DNA of 64,000 nucleotides. Source: Chloroflexota bacterium. Its GTDB lineage: Bacteria > Chloroflexota > Anaerolineae > Anaerolineales > E44-bin32. The notes beneath the pieces were generated by a model. The model saw nothing but the letters and a program-made list of their open reading frames with translations. It searched no databases and was not told the DNA's origin. Below are positions 45,342-54,813 of the stretch, piece by piece; positions within the stretch are counted from its first letter, which is position 1; each line of letters begins with the position of its first letter. The position numbers and the translations under genes were made by a program. Where the stretch lies: contig JADFRG010000004.1 in NCBI GenBank assembly GCA_022561385.1, forward strand, positions 18,822-82,821, in the 5' to 3' direction.

Positions 45342-48300
45342 TGGATCTGTCATCGCTGCTGCCGGCCCTACGCGCAAGCGTGGACGCCCTGGAAGGCGTA
45401 TCCGGGGGGATGCTGCCCCTCCCCAGCTCCGCGCGTGCGCCAATAGCCGCATCCCTGATTTCTGAGCGTGCGGGGCCGCTGCTGATGGTTGCTCCACGCG
45501 GCGACAGAGTTCTCACGCTTGCCCAAGAGCTTCCCCATTGGGCACCACAGGCCAGGGTAGCCGTATTTCCGGAGCCAGATCCGCTCTTTTATGAGCCACA
45601 GCCGTGGGGCAAGCGAACTCGGCAGCAGCGGGCCGAGATCCTCGCTCGACTGTCCTCAGAAAATGAGCTGGAGAACACCATCTACCTTGCCACGGTGCGA
45701 GCGATCATGACCGTGACTCCCTCTCCGGAACAAATGCGCGCGAGCAGCCGCAAACTCGAATCTCATCAGACGGTTGAAATGCAGGAGCTCCTGAAATTTT
45801 TGGTGGGGATCGGATACGAGCCCGCCAGTATCGTCACAACCCGCGGCCAGTTCAGCCGGCGCGGCGGGATTCTCGACATCTGGTCAAACACCCACAACAA
45901 TCCCGTTCGTATCGAATTGTTTGGCGATGAAATCGAAACCATGCGGGAATTCGATCCTGCCACCCAGCGATCCTCCCAAATGATCGACAACCTGCTCCTG
46001 ACACCCCCCCGCGAGGGAATTCCCGCCCTCTTAGTACATGCCCCCGAGCACGACTCAGACCTGCATGAGTTCTACCTGCCCGGGATCCATCCAGATCCCC
46101 ACGGGTTCCTCGACTACCTGCCCCAGGACAGCCTGGTGCTGATGGACGGTTGGACTGCGGTTGAAACGGTGGCGCACGAATTGGAAGCTCAGGCGCTGGA
46201 ACTCCGGGAGCGTATGGAAGACGGTGGGAAAGAGGCACCCAGGCCCTATCTGACCATCGATGAGCTACGCGAAGGATTGGACCGGCTTACCAGCGTCGAC
46301 CTTGGCTTATCGGGCCAAACGGCTGGCGAGACGCCCCCGGCTGTATCGGCGGGTCAGCGCTTCGGCGGGCAGATCAAGCCGTTTATGGCCTATCTGCGCG
46401 AGCGACGACTGGCTCACGAAACTTCCATCGTAGTCAGCCGTCAGGCAAACCGCTTGGCCGATCTCTGGAATGAGCGCGATCCATCGAGGCCTGTTGCGGA
46501 GGCCGTTCCGGATGAGCTGGTCCCGGGCGAAATTACATTCATTCAGGGCGCCCTGGAGGAAGGCTGGACCCTGCTGCGACCGGCTGAGGCAAGCATTCAT
46601 CTGATTACGGATGCGGAGATCTTCGGGTGGTCTCGACCCCGGCCCCGGAGGCGCGTCCGCCCACAGGTACCGGCCCCGGAGTCCGCCTTCGCGGATCTGG
46701 AACTCGGTAACCACGTGGTCCATGTGGATCATGGGGTAGGTCGATTTGAGGGACTCGTATCACGCACTCTGGATTCTCTCGAGCGAGAATATTTGCTGAT
46801 CTCCTACGCCGACGGCGACCAACTTTATGTACCCATTCATCAGGCAGATCGCGTTACGCGCTATCTCGGTGTGGACGGCAGCTCGCCGCGTCTGTCCCGA
46901 CTGGGCTCGCAGCGCTGGGTGCGAAGCCGTGCGGATGCCAAACACGCGGTAGAGGAAGTCGCCCAGGACCTGCTCAAGCTCTACGCATTACGCGTGACGG
47001 TGGCTGGCCACGCCTTCGCCGAAGACACACCCTGGCAGAGGGAGCTGGAGGCTTCCTTTCCCCACGTCGATACCCCAGATCAGATTACCGCACTAGAGGC
47101 GGTCAAAGCAGATATGGAACGCGGCCGCCCCATGGACCGTCTCATCTGCGGAGATGTAGGTTACGGCAAGACTGAGGTCGCGTTACGGGCGGCGTTCAAG
47201 GCGGTTATGGACGGAACACAGGTCGGCATCCTCGTGCCCACCACCGTGCTCGCACAGCAGCACTACCACACGTTCAAACGCAGACTGGCCGCATTTCCTG
47301 TAGAAGTTGAGATGCTCTCCCGATTCCGCACCCGCGCCGAGACCGCCACGATCCTTGAACGCCTGCGGGAGGGACAGGTCGATATCGTGATCGCGACCCA
47401 CCGATTGTTGCAGAAGGACGTGAGATTCAAGAATCTGGGTCTGCTGATTATCGACGAGGAACAACGCTTCGGTGTGACACACAAGGAATACTTAAAATCT
47501 ATGCGCACCGAGGTCGACGTGCTGACCTTAACCGCCACTCCCATTCCCCGAACGTTGTACCTGGCACTGACAGGAGTGCGCGACATATCGACTATCGATA
47601 CGGCGCCCGAAGATCGGCTTCCGGTAGTTACCCACACCGGATCCTACGACCCTGCGCTCGTTCGACGAGCGGTGTTGCGAGAATTGGATCGAGGTGGCCA
47701 AGTCTTCTTTGTCCATAATCGAGTGCGGTCGATAAACGGCATCAAGGCCCGCATCCTGAATTTGATTCCCGAAGCCAAGGTCGAAGTTGCGCACGGGCAG
47801 ATGCCTGAAAAGGAGCTGGCCAATGTCATGTCCAGCTTCACCGACGGCGAGGTGGATGTCCTACTCACAACCTCCATTATCGAATCGGGGCTCGACATTC
47901 CAAACGCCAACACTCTGATTGTGGACCGCGCCGACCAGTTTGGATTAGGTCAGCTATACCAACTCCGCGGCCGTGTTGGCCGCAGCGCCCAGCGCGCTTA
48001 TGCTTATTTCTTCCACCATTCACAGGCAACTCCGGAGGCGCTTCAGCGGCTGGAGATCATCAGCGAAAACTCGCAGCTGGGGGCAGGTTACAGTATCGCC
48101 CTTCGAGATCTAGAAATGCGTGGGGCGGGGGATCTGTTGGGGAAGAGACAACACGGGAACATTGCGGCGGTCGGGTTTCATTTTTACACGCAACTTCTGG
48201 GAGAAGCCGTGCGCCGCTTGCGTGACGAGAAAGAAGCTTCAGATATCCCCGATTTACCCACGGAGGCGCTGCCGCTTCAGATCTCGATCGAGCTGCCGCT

Positions 48301-48679
48301 CTCCGGGGCTCTCACGGCTAACTATGTGTCCGATCGTTCGCTTCGGCTGCAGCTTTACCGACGGATGGCGGGCCTACGGACCCTGGAACAGGTGGAGGCG
48401 ATGCGCAGCGAGTTGGAAGACCGCTTCGGCTCACCTCCGACCGAAGTTGAAAACCTCTTGTATCAGCTGCGCGTGAAGATCCTTGCCTCGGAAGCTGGGA
48501 TGACGGCTATCTCCACTGAATTAGGGCAGATCTTGATTCAATTTGAGCCCGGGCGTCGGCCGGAGGGGGACCTGGGACCCGAGATCCGTATGAGCAAACG
48601 CGGCCTGTGGCTCACTTCCGCGAATTGGCAGGACAGCCTCATGGCGCTGCTGCAGAATCTGATCCTGCAGCCAGCTTAG
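45338..48679 (+). CDS. mfd: Transcription-repair coupling factor
   Basis: RRGGILDI, VVHVDHGVG, GDVGYGKTEVA, DEEQRFGV and QLRGRVGR. Confidence 0.97.
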   Translation: MMDLSSLLPALRASVDALEGVSGGMLPLPSSARAPIAASLISERAGPLLMVAPRGDRVLTLAQELPHWAPQARVAVFPEPDPLFYEPQPWGKRTRQQRAEILARLSSENELENTIYLATVRAIMTVTPSPEQMRASSRKLESHQTVEMQELLKFLVGIGYEPASIVTTRGQFSRRGGILDIWSNTHNNPVRIELFGDEIETMREFDPATQRSSQMIDNLLLTPPREGIPALLVHAPEHDSDLHEFYLPGIHPDPHGFLDYLPQDSLVLMDGWTAVETVAHELEAQALELRERMEDGGKEAPRPYLTIDELREGLDRLTSVDLGLSGQTAGETPPAVSAGQRFGGQIKPFMAYLRERRLAHETSIVVSRQANRLADLWNERDPSRPVAEAVPDELVPGEITFIQGALEEGWTLLRPAEASIHLITDAEIFGWSRPRPRRRVRPQVPAPESAFADLELGNHVVHVDHGVGRFEGLVSRTLDSLEREYLLISYADGDQLYVPIHQADRVTRYLGVDGSSPRLSRLGSQRWVRSRADAKHAVEEVAQDLLKLYALRVTVAGHAFAEDTPWQRELEASFPHVDTPDQITALEAVKADMERGRPMDRLICGDVGYGKTEVALRAAFKAVMDGTQVGILVPTTVLAQQHYHTFKRRLAAFPVEVEMLSRFRTRAETATILERLREGQVDIVIATHRLLQKDVRFKNLGLLIIDEEQRFGVTHKEYLKSMRTEVDVLTLTATPIPRTLYLALTGVRDISTIDTAPEDRLPVVTHTGSYDPALVRRAVLRELDRGGQVFFVHNRVRSINGIKARILNLIPEAKVEVAHGQMPEKELANVMSSFTDGEVDVLLTTSIIESGLDIPNANTLIVDRADQFGLGQLYQLRGRVGRSAQRAYAYFFHHSQATPEALQRLEIISENSQLGAGYSIALRDLEMRGAGDLLGKRQHGNIAAVGFHFYTQLLGEAVRRLRDEKEASDIPDLPTEALPLQISIELPLSGALTANYVSDRSLRLQLYRRMAGLRTLEQVEAMRSELEDRFGSPPTEVENLLYQLRVKILASEAGMTAISTELGQILIQFEPGRRPEGDLGPEIRMSKRGLWLTSANWQDSLMALLQNLILQPA

Positions 48680-48696
48680 TATTCTCTACCGCTAAG

Positions 48697-49608
48697 TTAG
48701 ATTTCCCCCCGATACTGGATCAATAGGGTGAGATAGGGCTGGCCGGCGAGATATTCGATCCCGAGCGCCCAGGTGCGCCAATTGAGTTGGCTGCCTGGGT
48801 CGGGAGCCGCCCGATAAAATGAGATGTAGTTCAGGTTCGAGTAGTCGGAGGGCCACATCGCGTCCCGGGCCGTGCTTCCTGCCCCGAGCTTGTTGCAATT
48901 TAGCTCGGGCGCAATCGAGAAGACGTCTTCCAATTGAGGCAGGATCACCTCTCGAATCGTCCCATCAATCTCCAGCTCACTATCTCGGTTGACGCCCCAG
49001 TTTATGGGGGTCGGATCCAGGAAGAACCCGGGTACGCTCGAGTAAGCAAGATTTACTTCCGGATTCCACCAATCGTGTCGGATGATCAAACCCCGTTTGG
49101 GGCTGACGAGTTCTGACAATTTGCCTCCGTCACGCTCTCTGATCGCCACGATAAATTGATTGGCGAGATCCGCAATTCTGATGTCCTCACAAAAGGTGGA
49201 GCTTGGAACGTCCTCGGTGAGATTCCAGTCTCGGATCCACCCTTTGCCGCCCTCCGGAAGATTGATCTCCACCCAGGTCGAACTCCCCATCAGAGTCGTC
49301 TTGCCGGTGATGGTCAACCCTCGTTGATCTGAGGCCAGGCTGGCCACTGCCATGCTGGTTATTCCCGCCGGCTGGCGGACGGCCAAAGGTTCAATATCGC
49401 TTACCCAGGCCAACGCATACGGCACTTGCGCCAAGTTAATGACGGTGGGCTGCGGCTCGGTCACAGGCGCGGTCGTAGACGACGGGGCGGAAGGGACTAC
49501 TCGCGGCAAGGTCGGGGCCGGCAGCGGCACTACCGATTGGCGGCAGGCGCTCAGAGTCAACAGCAGCATCAGAGTGAATACACTCTGGCCTCTGAAATTC
49601 CAATGCAT
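48697..49608 (-). CDS. Hypothetical lipoprotein with SH3b-like domain
   Basis: Lipobox LTLSAC, P/T linker, L.VR.PAG..WVEI..GKGWI pattern. Confidence 0.6.
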   Translation of the reverse strand: MHWNFRGQSVFTLMLLLTLSACRQSVVPLPAPTLPRVVPSAPSSTTAPVTEPQPTVINLAQVPYALAWVSDIEPLAVRQPAGITSMAVASLASDQRGLTITGKTTLMGSSTWVEINLPEGGKGWIRDWNLTEDVPSSTFCEDIRIADLANQFIVAIRERDGGKLSELVSPKRGLIIRHDWWNPEVNLAYSSVPGFFLDPTPINWGVNRDSELEIDGTIREVILPQLEDVFSIAPELNCNKLGAGSTARDAMWPSDYSNLNYISFYRAAPDPGSQLNWRTWALGIEYLAGQPYLTLLIQYRGEI

Positions 49609-49637
49609 TATTCTGGGAAATGGGCCAGGCTTATCGA

Positions 49638-50975
49638 TCACGCTTCGTCCACCGAGAACATCTGTTGTTGCAGGTCCCATGCCGCGAGCGCAGATCCCAC
49701 AACAAACAGGCTGCCTGTGGCCAGGACCACCTCGTCACCCTCGACCAGCTCCGTGGCGCGCTGCATCGCCGCGGAAACGGGCAGGATCACATCCGCTTCA
49801 AAGCCAAACGCGCGCGCCATCCCCGCCAACACAAGCGCCTCCTCAGACCGCGGGTGAGTGGCCTGAGTCAGTATCACGCGCGAGACACGTGGCGCCAGCT
49901 CCAGAAACATACCGCGCACGTCTTTATCGCTCGAAGCCCCGAATACCATCGTCACCATCCGGCCAGGAAAATAGTCGTCCAGGGCGATCCGTAGCTTTAA
50001 GGCCGAATCTCGATTGTGGGCGCTGTCGAGCACGATAGCTGGGTCCTGGGAGAGGATTTGGAATCTCCCGGGCCAATCAGTGGAGGCCATGCCCTCCTGG
50101 ATGTGCCGAATATCTATGGGTAAACCTCGCTCCGAGGCGGTTTGCAGCGCGGCAAACGCCAACGCACCATTCTGTACCTGATGGTGGCCCAGCAGCGGGA
50201 TGCTCAGATCCACCTTCGAATCTTCCTGGCCCTCGCGCCATACCTGGAACGTCTGCGCCTCAAGGTCTCGGCTTCCGGCCGCGTAATGCCAGTCTCGGTT
50301 GACCTGGAGCACGGGCGCGTTCCTTTCCGCCGCGATCGCTCGCACCACGTGTTCAGCTTCCAGCTGCTGGGGCGCGAGCACAACCGGTGTATCGGACTTG
50401 ATGATCCCCGCTTTCTCCGCCGCAATTTTGGAAAGGCTTTCACCAAGCAGGTGTGTGTGGTCATAGGAGAGGGAAGTGATCACGGAGACCCGCGGATGGA
50501 TCACATTTGTGGCATCCAGACGGCCCCCCAGCCCGACCTCGACCACCGCCGCCTCGACCTGGTTGTCCGCGAAGTACATAAATGCGGAGGCAGTGGTCAG
50601 CTCGTAGGTCGAGATCTCCGGCAGCACATCCACGTGCGGTTTCAGCCGCTCGACCAGCCCAACTAGATCGGATTCAGGGATCTGCCTTCCGTTTACTTGG
50701 ATCCGTTCCGTGAAATTGATCAGGTGCGGGGATGAATAGAGACCGGTTGTGTAGCCGGCCGCCCGCAGACAACTTTCCAACATGGCGCCGGTGGACCCCT
50801 TCCCTTTGGTGCCTGCTATGTGTACGGAGAGGAAGCGATCCTGCGGGTCGCCAAGGCTCGCCAGCAGCGCCTTTACACGCGAGAGATCAAATACTTCTGC
50901 GGAGTACCGGTAGCTGCGCTTGACGCCATAGTCGATGAAGCTGTATAGCCAGTCCATTGCTTCCTGGTACGTCAT
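49638..50975 (-). CDS. folC: Folylpolyglutamate synthase/dihydrofolate synthase
   Basis: HIAGTKGKGST, SSPHL..ERI, EVGLGGRLDATN, WPGRFQ and LDSAHN. Confidence 0.95.
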   Translation of the reverse strand: MTYQEAMDWLYSFIDYGVKRSYRYSAEVFDLSRVKALLASLGDPQDRFLSVHIAGTKGKGSTGAMLESCLRAAGYTTGLYSSPHLINFTERIQVNGRQIPESDLVGLVERLKPHVDVLPEISTYELTTASAFMYFADNQVEAAVVEVGLGGRLDATNVIHPRVSVITSLSYDHTHLLGESLSKIAAEKAGIIKSDTPVVLAPQQLEAEHVVRAIAAERNAPVLQVNRDWHYAAGSRDLEAQTFQVWREGQEDSKVDLSIPLLGHHQVQNGALAFAALQTASERGLPIDIRHIQEGMASTDWPGRFQILSQDPAIVLDSAHNRDSALKLRIALDDYFPGRMVTMVFGASSDKDVRGMFLELAPRVSRVILTQATHPRSEEALVLAGMARAFGFEADVILPVSAAMQRATELVEGDEVVLATGSLFVVGSALAAWDLQQQMFSVDEA

Positions 50976-51084
50976 AAGGCGGCAAATTGTAATGGGCGCA
51001 TTTCAAAGATACAAGTAAGGCGGGAATTCGCTCGCTCTGCAGATGTTAGAATTGCCGGGGTCACCTGTGCCCCTGGTCTCATAA

Positions 51085-51966
51085 TTGGATACCACAACCC
51101 CCCCTCATGAAGCCCCCATCGATGTAGGAAGGCCGCTCCCGAGCCTCTCGGCCCGCCTATCAACCATTTTGTCCGATTTCCCGTGGTGGGTGCTGATCGT
51201 CTTCGCAGCCGGGCTGCTGCTCATAATCCAATTCGTCACGGATGAAACCTACAACGAAGTCATTCGTTTCATTGCAGTCGGAATTCGCCTCACCATTACC
51301 GTTACCTTGTCGGCCTACTCGATCGCGATCGTGCTGGGGCTGGTCACAGCCCTCGGCCAGCTTTCGCAGAACGTTATCGCCAGGAATGCGGCGGTCCTGT
51401 ACGTACAGGTCGTGCGAGGCATCCCTATTCTTGTGCAGATTTTTATCTGGGCCCTGGTACTTGTGCCATTAGGTATCGATGTGCTCAACAACCTCGGAAA
51501 CAGTCTGGCCGGCCTCGGCCTGCTGCAGACTGAGAATTTCCTGACCGCGCTCAGTGTACGGGACATCGGGTTTATTATGCGAGGCATCATTGCACTGTCC
51601 CTGAGCTACGGCGCCTTCTCCTCTGAAATCTTTCGGGCCGGCATTCAATCTATCGAGCGAGGGCAGGTGGAAGCCGCCGATTCGCTTGGTTTGACGCGCT
51701 TTCAATCCCTGCGACTGATCATCCTGCCCCAGGCCATCCGACGTGTTCTCCCACCGCTTGGAAATGACTTTATCGCCATGTTGAAGGAATCCTCGTTGGT
51801 TTCCGTCATTGGTGTTGCGGAAATCACGCAACTCGGCAAGAAGTACGCGGCCGCCTCATTCGTGTTCCCGCAGACCTACTACTCCCTGGCATTCCTGTAT
51901 CTGGCTATGACGCTCGTGTTATCCGCGGGTGTGAAGTTTATGGAGCGGCGGCTCAAGTCAGGGTAG
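51085..51966 (+). CDS. Polar amino acid ABC transporter permease (HisM/GlnP type)
   Basis: VVRGIPILVQI, SEIFRAGIQSIERGQVEAADSLG and PQAIRRVLPPLGNDFIAMLKESSL. Confidence 0.92.
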   Translation: MDTTTPPHEAPIDVGRPLPSLSARLSTILSDFPWWVLIVFAAGLLLIIQFVTDETYNEVIRFIAVGIRLTITVTLSAYSIAIVLGLVTALGQLSQNVIARNAAVLYVQVVRGIPILVQIFIWALVLVPLGIDVLNNLGNSLAGLGLLQTENFLTALSVRDIGFIMRGIIALSLSYGAFSSEIFRAGIQSIERGQVEAADSLGLTRFQSLRLIILPQAIRRVLPPLGNDFIAMLKESSLVSVIGVAEITQLGKKYAAASFVFPQTYYSLAFLYLAMTLVLSAGVKFMERRLKSG

Positions 51967-52112
51967 AATTCGTGACGCGGAAAAAAGCGCCGGGTAACAG
52001 TTGAAAGCAATCATCCGAGACTCACGAGAGGAGGTGGTAGACCGGAGATAATCGCGTTTCATTGGCACGTACGATCTACTAGAAACAACTCGAACCTGAG
52101 GAGGAGAAAAAC

Positions 52113-53924
52113 GTGAAGAGACCTCTGTTTCTTCTTACAATGTTGCTCTTAGGCGCCCTGATCGTCTCGGCGTGTGGCACTGCCACCACTGCCGAACCGG
52201 TGCCTACTGCGATTGTGGTGGAGCCGTCTGGACTACCGGATCTCGGCGGCAGAGAAGTCACAATCGCGATCGAGAACGCCTACCTGCCCTTCAACTTCAT
52301 CTTGCTAGATACTGGCGAGGCCGACGGGTGGGACTACGACTTTATCAACGAAGCTTGTAAGCGCCTGAATTGTGTTCCGGTCTGGCAAGAGTTTGCCTGG
52401 GACACGATGATCGCCGCGGTGGCCGACGGGCAGTTTGACATGGCGGCGGATGGGATCACCATCACCGAAGAGCGTGCCCAGTCCGTGGACTTTACGGATG
52501 GGTACATAAACCTCGAACAGCGGCTTCTGGTTCGAATCGACGATGACCGCTACGCATCCCTCGCCGAGCTTGCGGCCGACGCCGACGCGCGACTTTCACA
52601 ACAAATCGGTACGACCAACTACACGGTTGCCGAGGCAGCCGTCGGCGACGATCGGATCCAGACCTTCGATGACTTCGGTCAGGCGGTCCAGGCCGTGGTC
52701 GGCGGCGATACGGACGGAACCGTCGTCGACGAGACCGCGGGCCAGGGCTACCTGGGGGCCAACAAAAACCAGTTGAAGCTGATTGGCCCATCCCTTTCGA
52801 GCGATCAGCTCGGCTTCATCTTCCCGCTGGGCAGCCCCCTGGTCGGGCCCTTCAATGCGGCCATCGCCGAGATGAAGGAAGATGGCTTCTTGGAGCAGAT
52901 CAATTTGAAGTGGTTCGGCCCGGACTTCGTCACCACCTATGACGAAATCGGTGAGGGTGCCTACGCCACTCCGGACCTCGGAACGGCCGACAATCCCATC
53001 CAGGTGCTGTTCGTGCCGTCGGTGAACGTGGACGTCATGGTCGAGTCTGGCGACGCGATCGAGGAGTTCTTCGCGGAGGCCACAGGATTGGTCTTCGAAG
53101 TCAGCGTCCCAACCTCTTATGCCGCAACGATCGAAGAAATGTGCGCATCGCCCACGAATACGATCGGGTTTATCCCTGCCTTCGGCTACGTACTGGCTAA
53201 TGGCTTGTGCGGTGTCGAGCCGGCTCTGGCCTCCGAGCGCTTTGGCTGGAACGTGTATTGGGCGCAGTACATCGTCGCCCGTGACAGCGATATCCAGACT
53301 CTAGAGGATCTGGACGGAAAGACCTGGGGTTACGGCGATACGGCTTCGACCTCCGGCTATCTGGTTCCCCTGGCTCAGCTAAGCGACCTGGGGATCACCC
53401 CTGGCGAACGGGTTGAAACGGGCGGCCACTCGTCCTCGGCACGCGCGGTATATCTCGGCGAGGTCGACTTTGCTACCACGTTCTTCAGCCCACCGCTTCT
53501 CCCCGAGGGTCGATGGGCGGTGGGCGATGCACCCGATATTCCGGATGAGTTCATAGCGGAGTGTGCGGTCAATGAAGATAACCGGCTGTTCTGCGGTGAG
53601 TACCGCGTGCTGGATGCCCGAGCAGGCATCCGAGAAGAGGCTCCGGACGTAGTACAAAAGGTCCGTATCCTCGCGATCTCATCCGGGATCCCCAACGACA
53701 CCATGTCCTGGTCGCCGGAGTTCCCGGAGGCGCTGAGGCAGCCCATCATCGATGCTCTGATCGCTTATCTGGCATCCGACGCGTGCCAGGTGGATGCGCA
53801 GACCATCTGCTCTCCCGACTTCTACGAGTGGACAGGCGCGGGCCCGATCTTCGACGAGAACTTCGACGGCATCCGCCTCCTGATGGAGCAGCAGGGCATC
53901 ACGCTGGAAAACATCGGCGAGTAG
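52113..53924 (+). CDS. Tandem substrate-binding lipoprotein: polar amino-acid-binding domain plus PhnD phosphonate/phosphate-binding domain
   Basis: Lipobox IVSAC; domain 1 [19 protein letters not shown]; domain 2 [30 protein letters not shown]. Confidence 0.85.
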   Translation: MKRPLFLLTMLLLGALIVSACGTATTAEPVPTAIVVEPSGLPDLGGREVTIAIENAYLPFNFILLDTGEADGWDYDFINEACKRLNCVPVWQEFAWDTMIAAVADGQFDMAADGITITEERAQSVDFTDGYINLEQRLLVRIDDDRYASLAELAADADARLSQQIGTTNYTVAEAAVGDDRIQTFDDFGQAVQAVVGGDTDGTVVDETAGQGYLGANKNQLKLIGPSLSSDQLGFIFPLGSPLVGPFNAAIAEMKEDGFLEQINLKWFGPDFVTTYDEIGEGAYATPDLGTADNPIQVLFVPSVNVDVMVESGDAIEEFFAEATGLVFEVSVPTSYAATIEEMCASPTNTIGFIPAFGYVLANGLCGVEPALASERFGWNVYWAQYIVARDSDIQTLEDLDGKTWGYGDTASTSGYLVPLAQLSDLGITPGERVETGGHSSSARAVYLGEVDFATTFFSPPLLPEGRWAVGDAPDIPDEFIAECAVNEDNRLFCGEYRVLDARAGIREEAPDVVQKVRILAISSGIPNDTMSWSPEFPEALRQPIIDALIAYLASDACQVDAQTICSPDFYEWTGAGPIFDENFDGIRLLMEQQGITLENIGE

Positions 53925-53944
53925 TCTCGATCTCCCGATGCATG

Positions 53945-53985
53945 AAGAGGCTGTCTCAACCCCCCTTGAGACAGCCTCTTGTTTT
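53945..53985 (+). terminator. Strong stem-loop after the SBP gene (terminator or mRNA stabiliser)
   Basis: AAGAGGCTGTCTCAA-C6-TTGAGACAGCCTCTT perfect 15-bp stem, then GTTTT. Confidence 0.75.
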
Positions 53986-54060
53986 CTGGCGGTTAGAATT
54001 TCGGCATCGGCCGCGGGCCATTTTTGGACAGCCCTCAGCATCGGATGGTAATAGGCCCAC

Positions 54061-54813
54061 ATGCTTGAAGTCAAAAACCTCACCAAGATCTACCCGGGCG
54101 ATGTGCTGGCTCTCGACAACGTCAGCTTTACAATCGAGCCCGGAGAATTCCTGGCTGTTATCGGCCTCAGCGGTTCAGGAAAGTCGACCCTCCTTCGCTG
54201 TATCAATCGACTCGTAGAGCCGACCGCCGGTCAGGTGATCTGGAACGGGGTTGATATCGTTCAAGCCAGCCAGGACGAGTTGCTGCACATTCGGCGCAAG
54301 ATCGGAATGGTATTTCAGAATTTCAATCTGGTGAACCGATCGAAAGTCATCACAAACGTGCTTTCCGGCCGGCTCGGTTACGTAAATCCCGCGCTCAGTC
54401 TGATCAATCGCTTTTCCAGCGAAGATATGGAGATGGCCAGGGCACAGCTGGCGCGGGTGGGGATCCCCGAACAGGCAAACAAGCGCGCGGATGAACTAAG
54501 CGGCGGCCAGCAGCAGCGGGTCGGAATCGCGCGGGCGATGATGCAGGAACCAGAAATCATGCTGGCCGATGAGCCCGTGGCCAGCCTGGACCCGGTTCTG
54601 GCACACTCCATCATGTCACACCTCGAGGACATGAACAAGAACGACGGGGTCATGGTCATCTGCAGCCTGCACTTTTTGGATTTGGTGCACCGTTACGCTA
54701 GTCGAGCGATCGCACTGAACGAGGGCAAGCTGATGTTCGACGGGCCTCCCAAAGCGATCGACGATGCCAAGTTTAGAGAGATCTATGGCCAGGAGGCCGA
54801 ACGGGTCGGATGA
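54061..54813 (+). CDS. phnC: Phosphonate ABC transporter ATP-binding protein
   Basis: GLSGSGKST, NVLSGRLG, LSGGQQQRVGIARA, LADEPVASLDP and SLH. Confidence 0.9.
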   Translation: MLEVKNLTKIYPGDVLALDNVSFTIEPGEFLAVIGLSGSGKSTLLRCINRLVEPTAGQVIWNGVDIVQASQDELLHIRRKIGMVFQNFNLVNRSKVITNVLSGRLGYVNPALSLINRFSSEDMEMARAQLARVGIPEQANKRADELSGGQQQRVGIARAMMQEPEIMLADEPVASLDPVLAHSIMSHLEDMNKNDGVMVICSLHFLDLVHRYASRAIALNEGKLMFDGPPKAIDDAKFREIYGQEAERVG

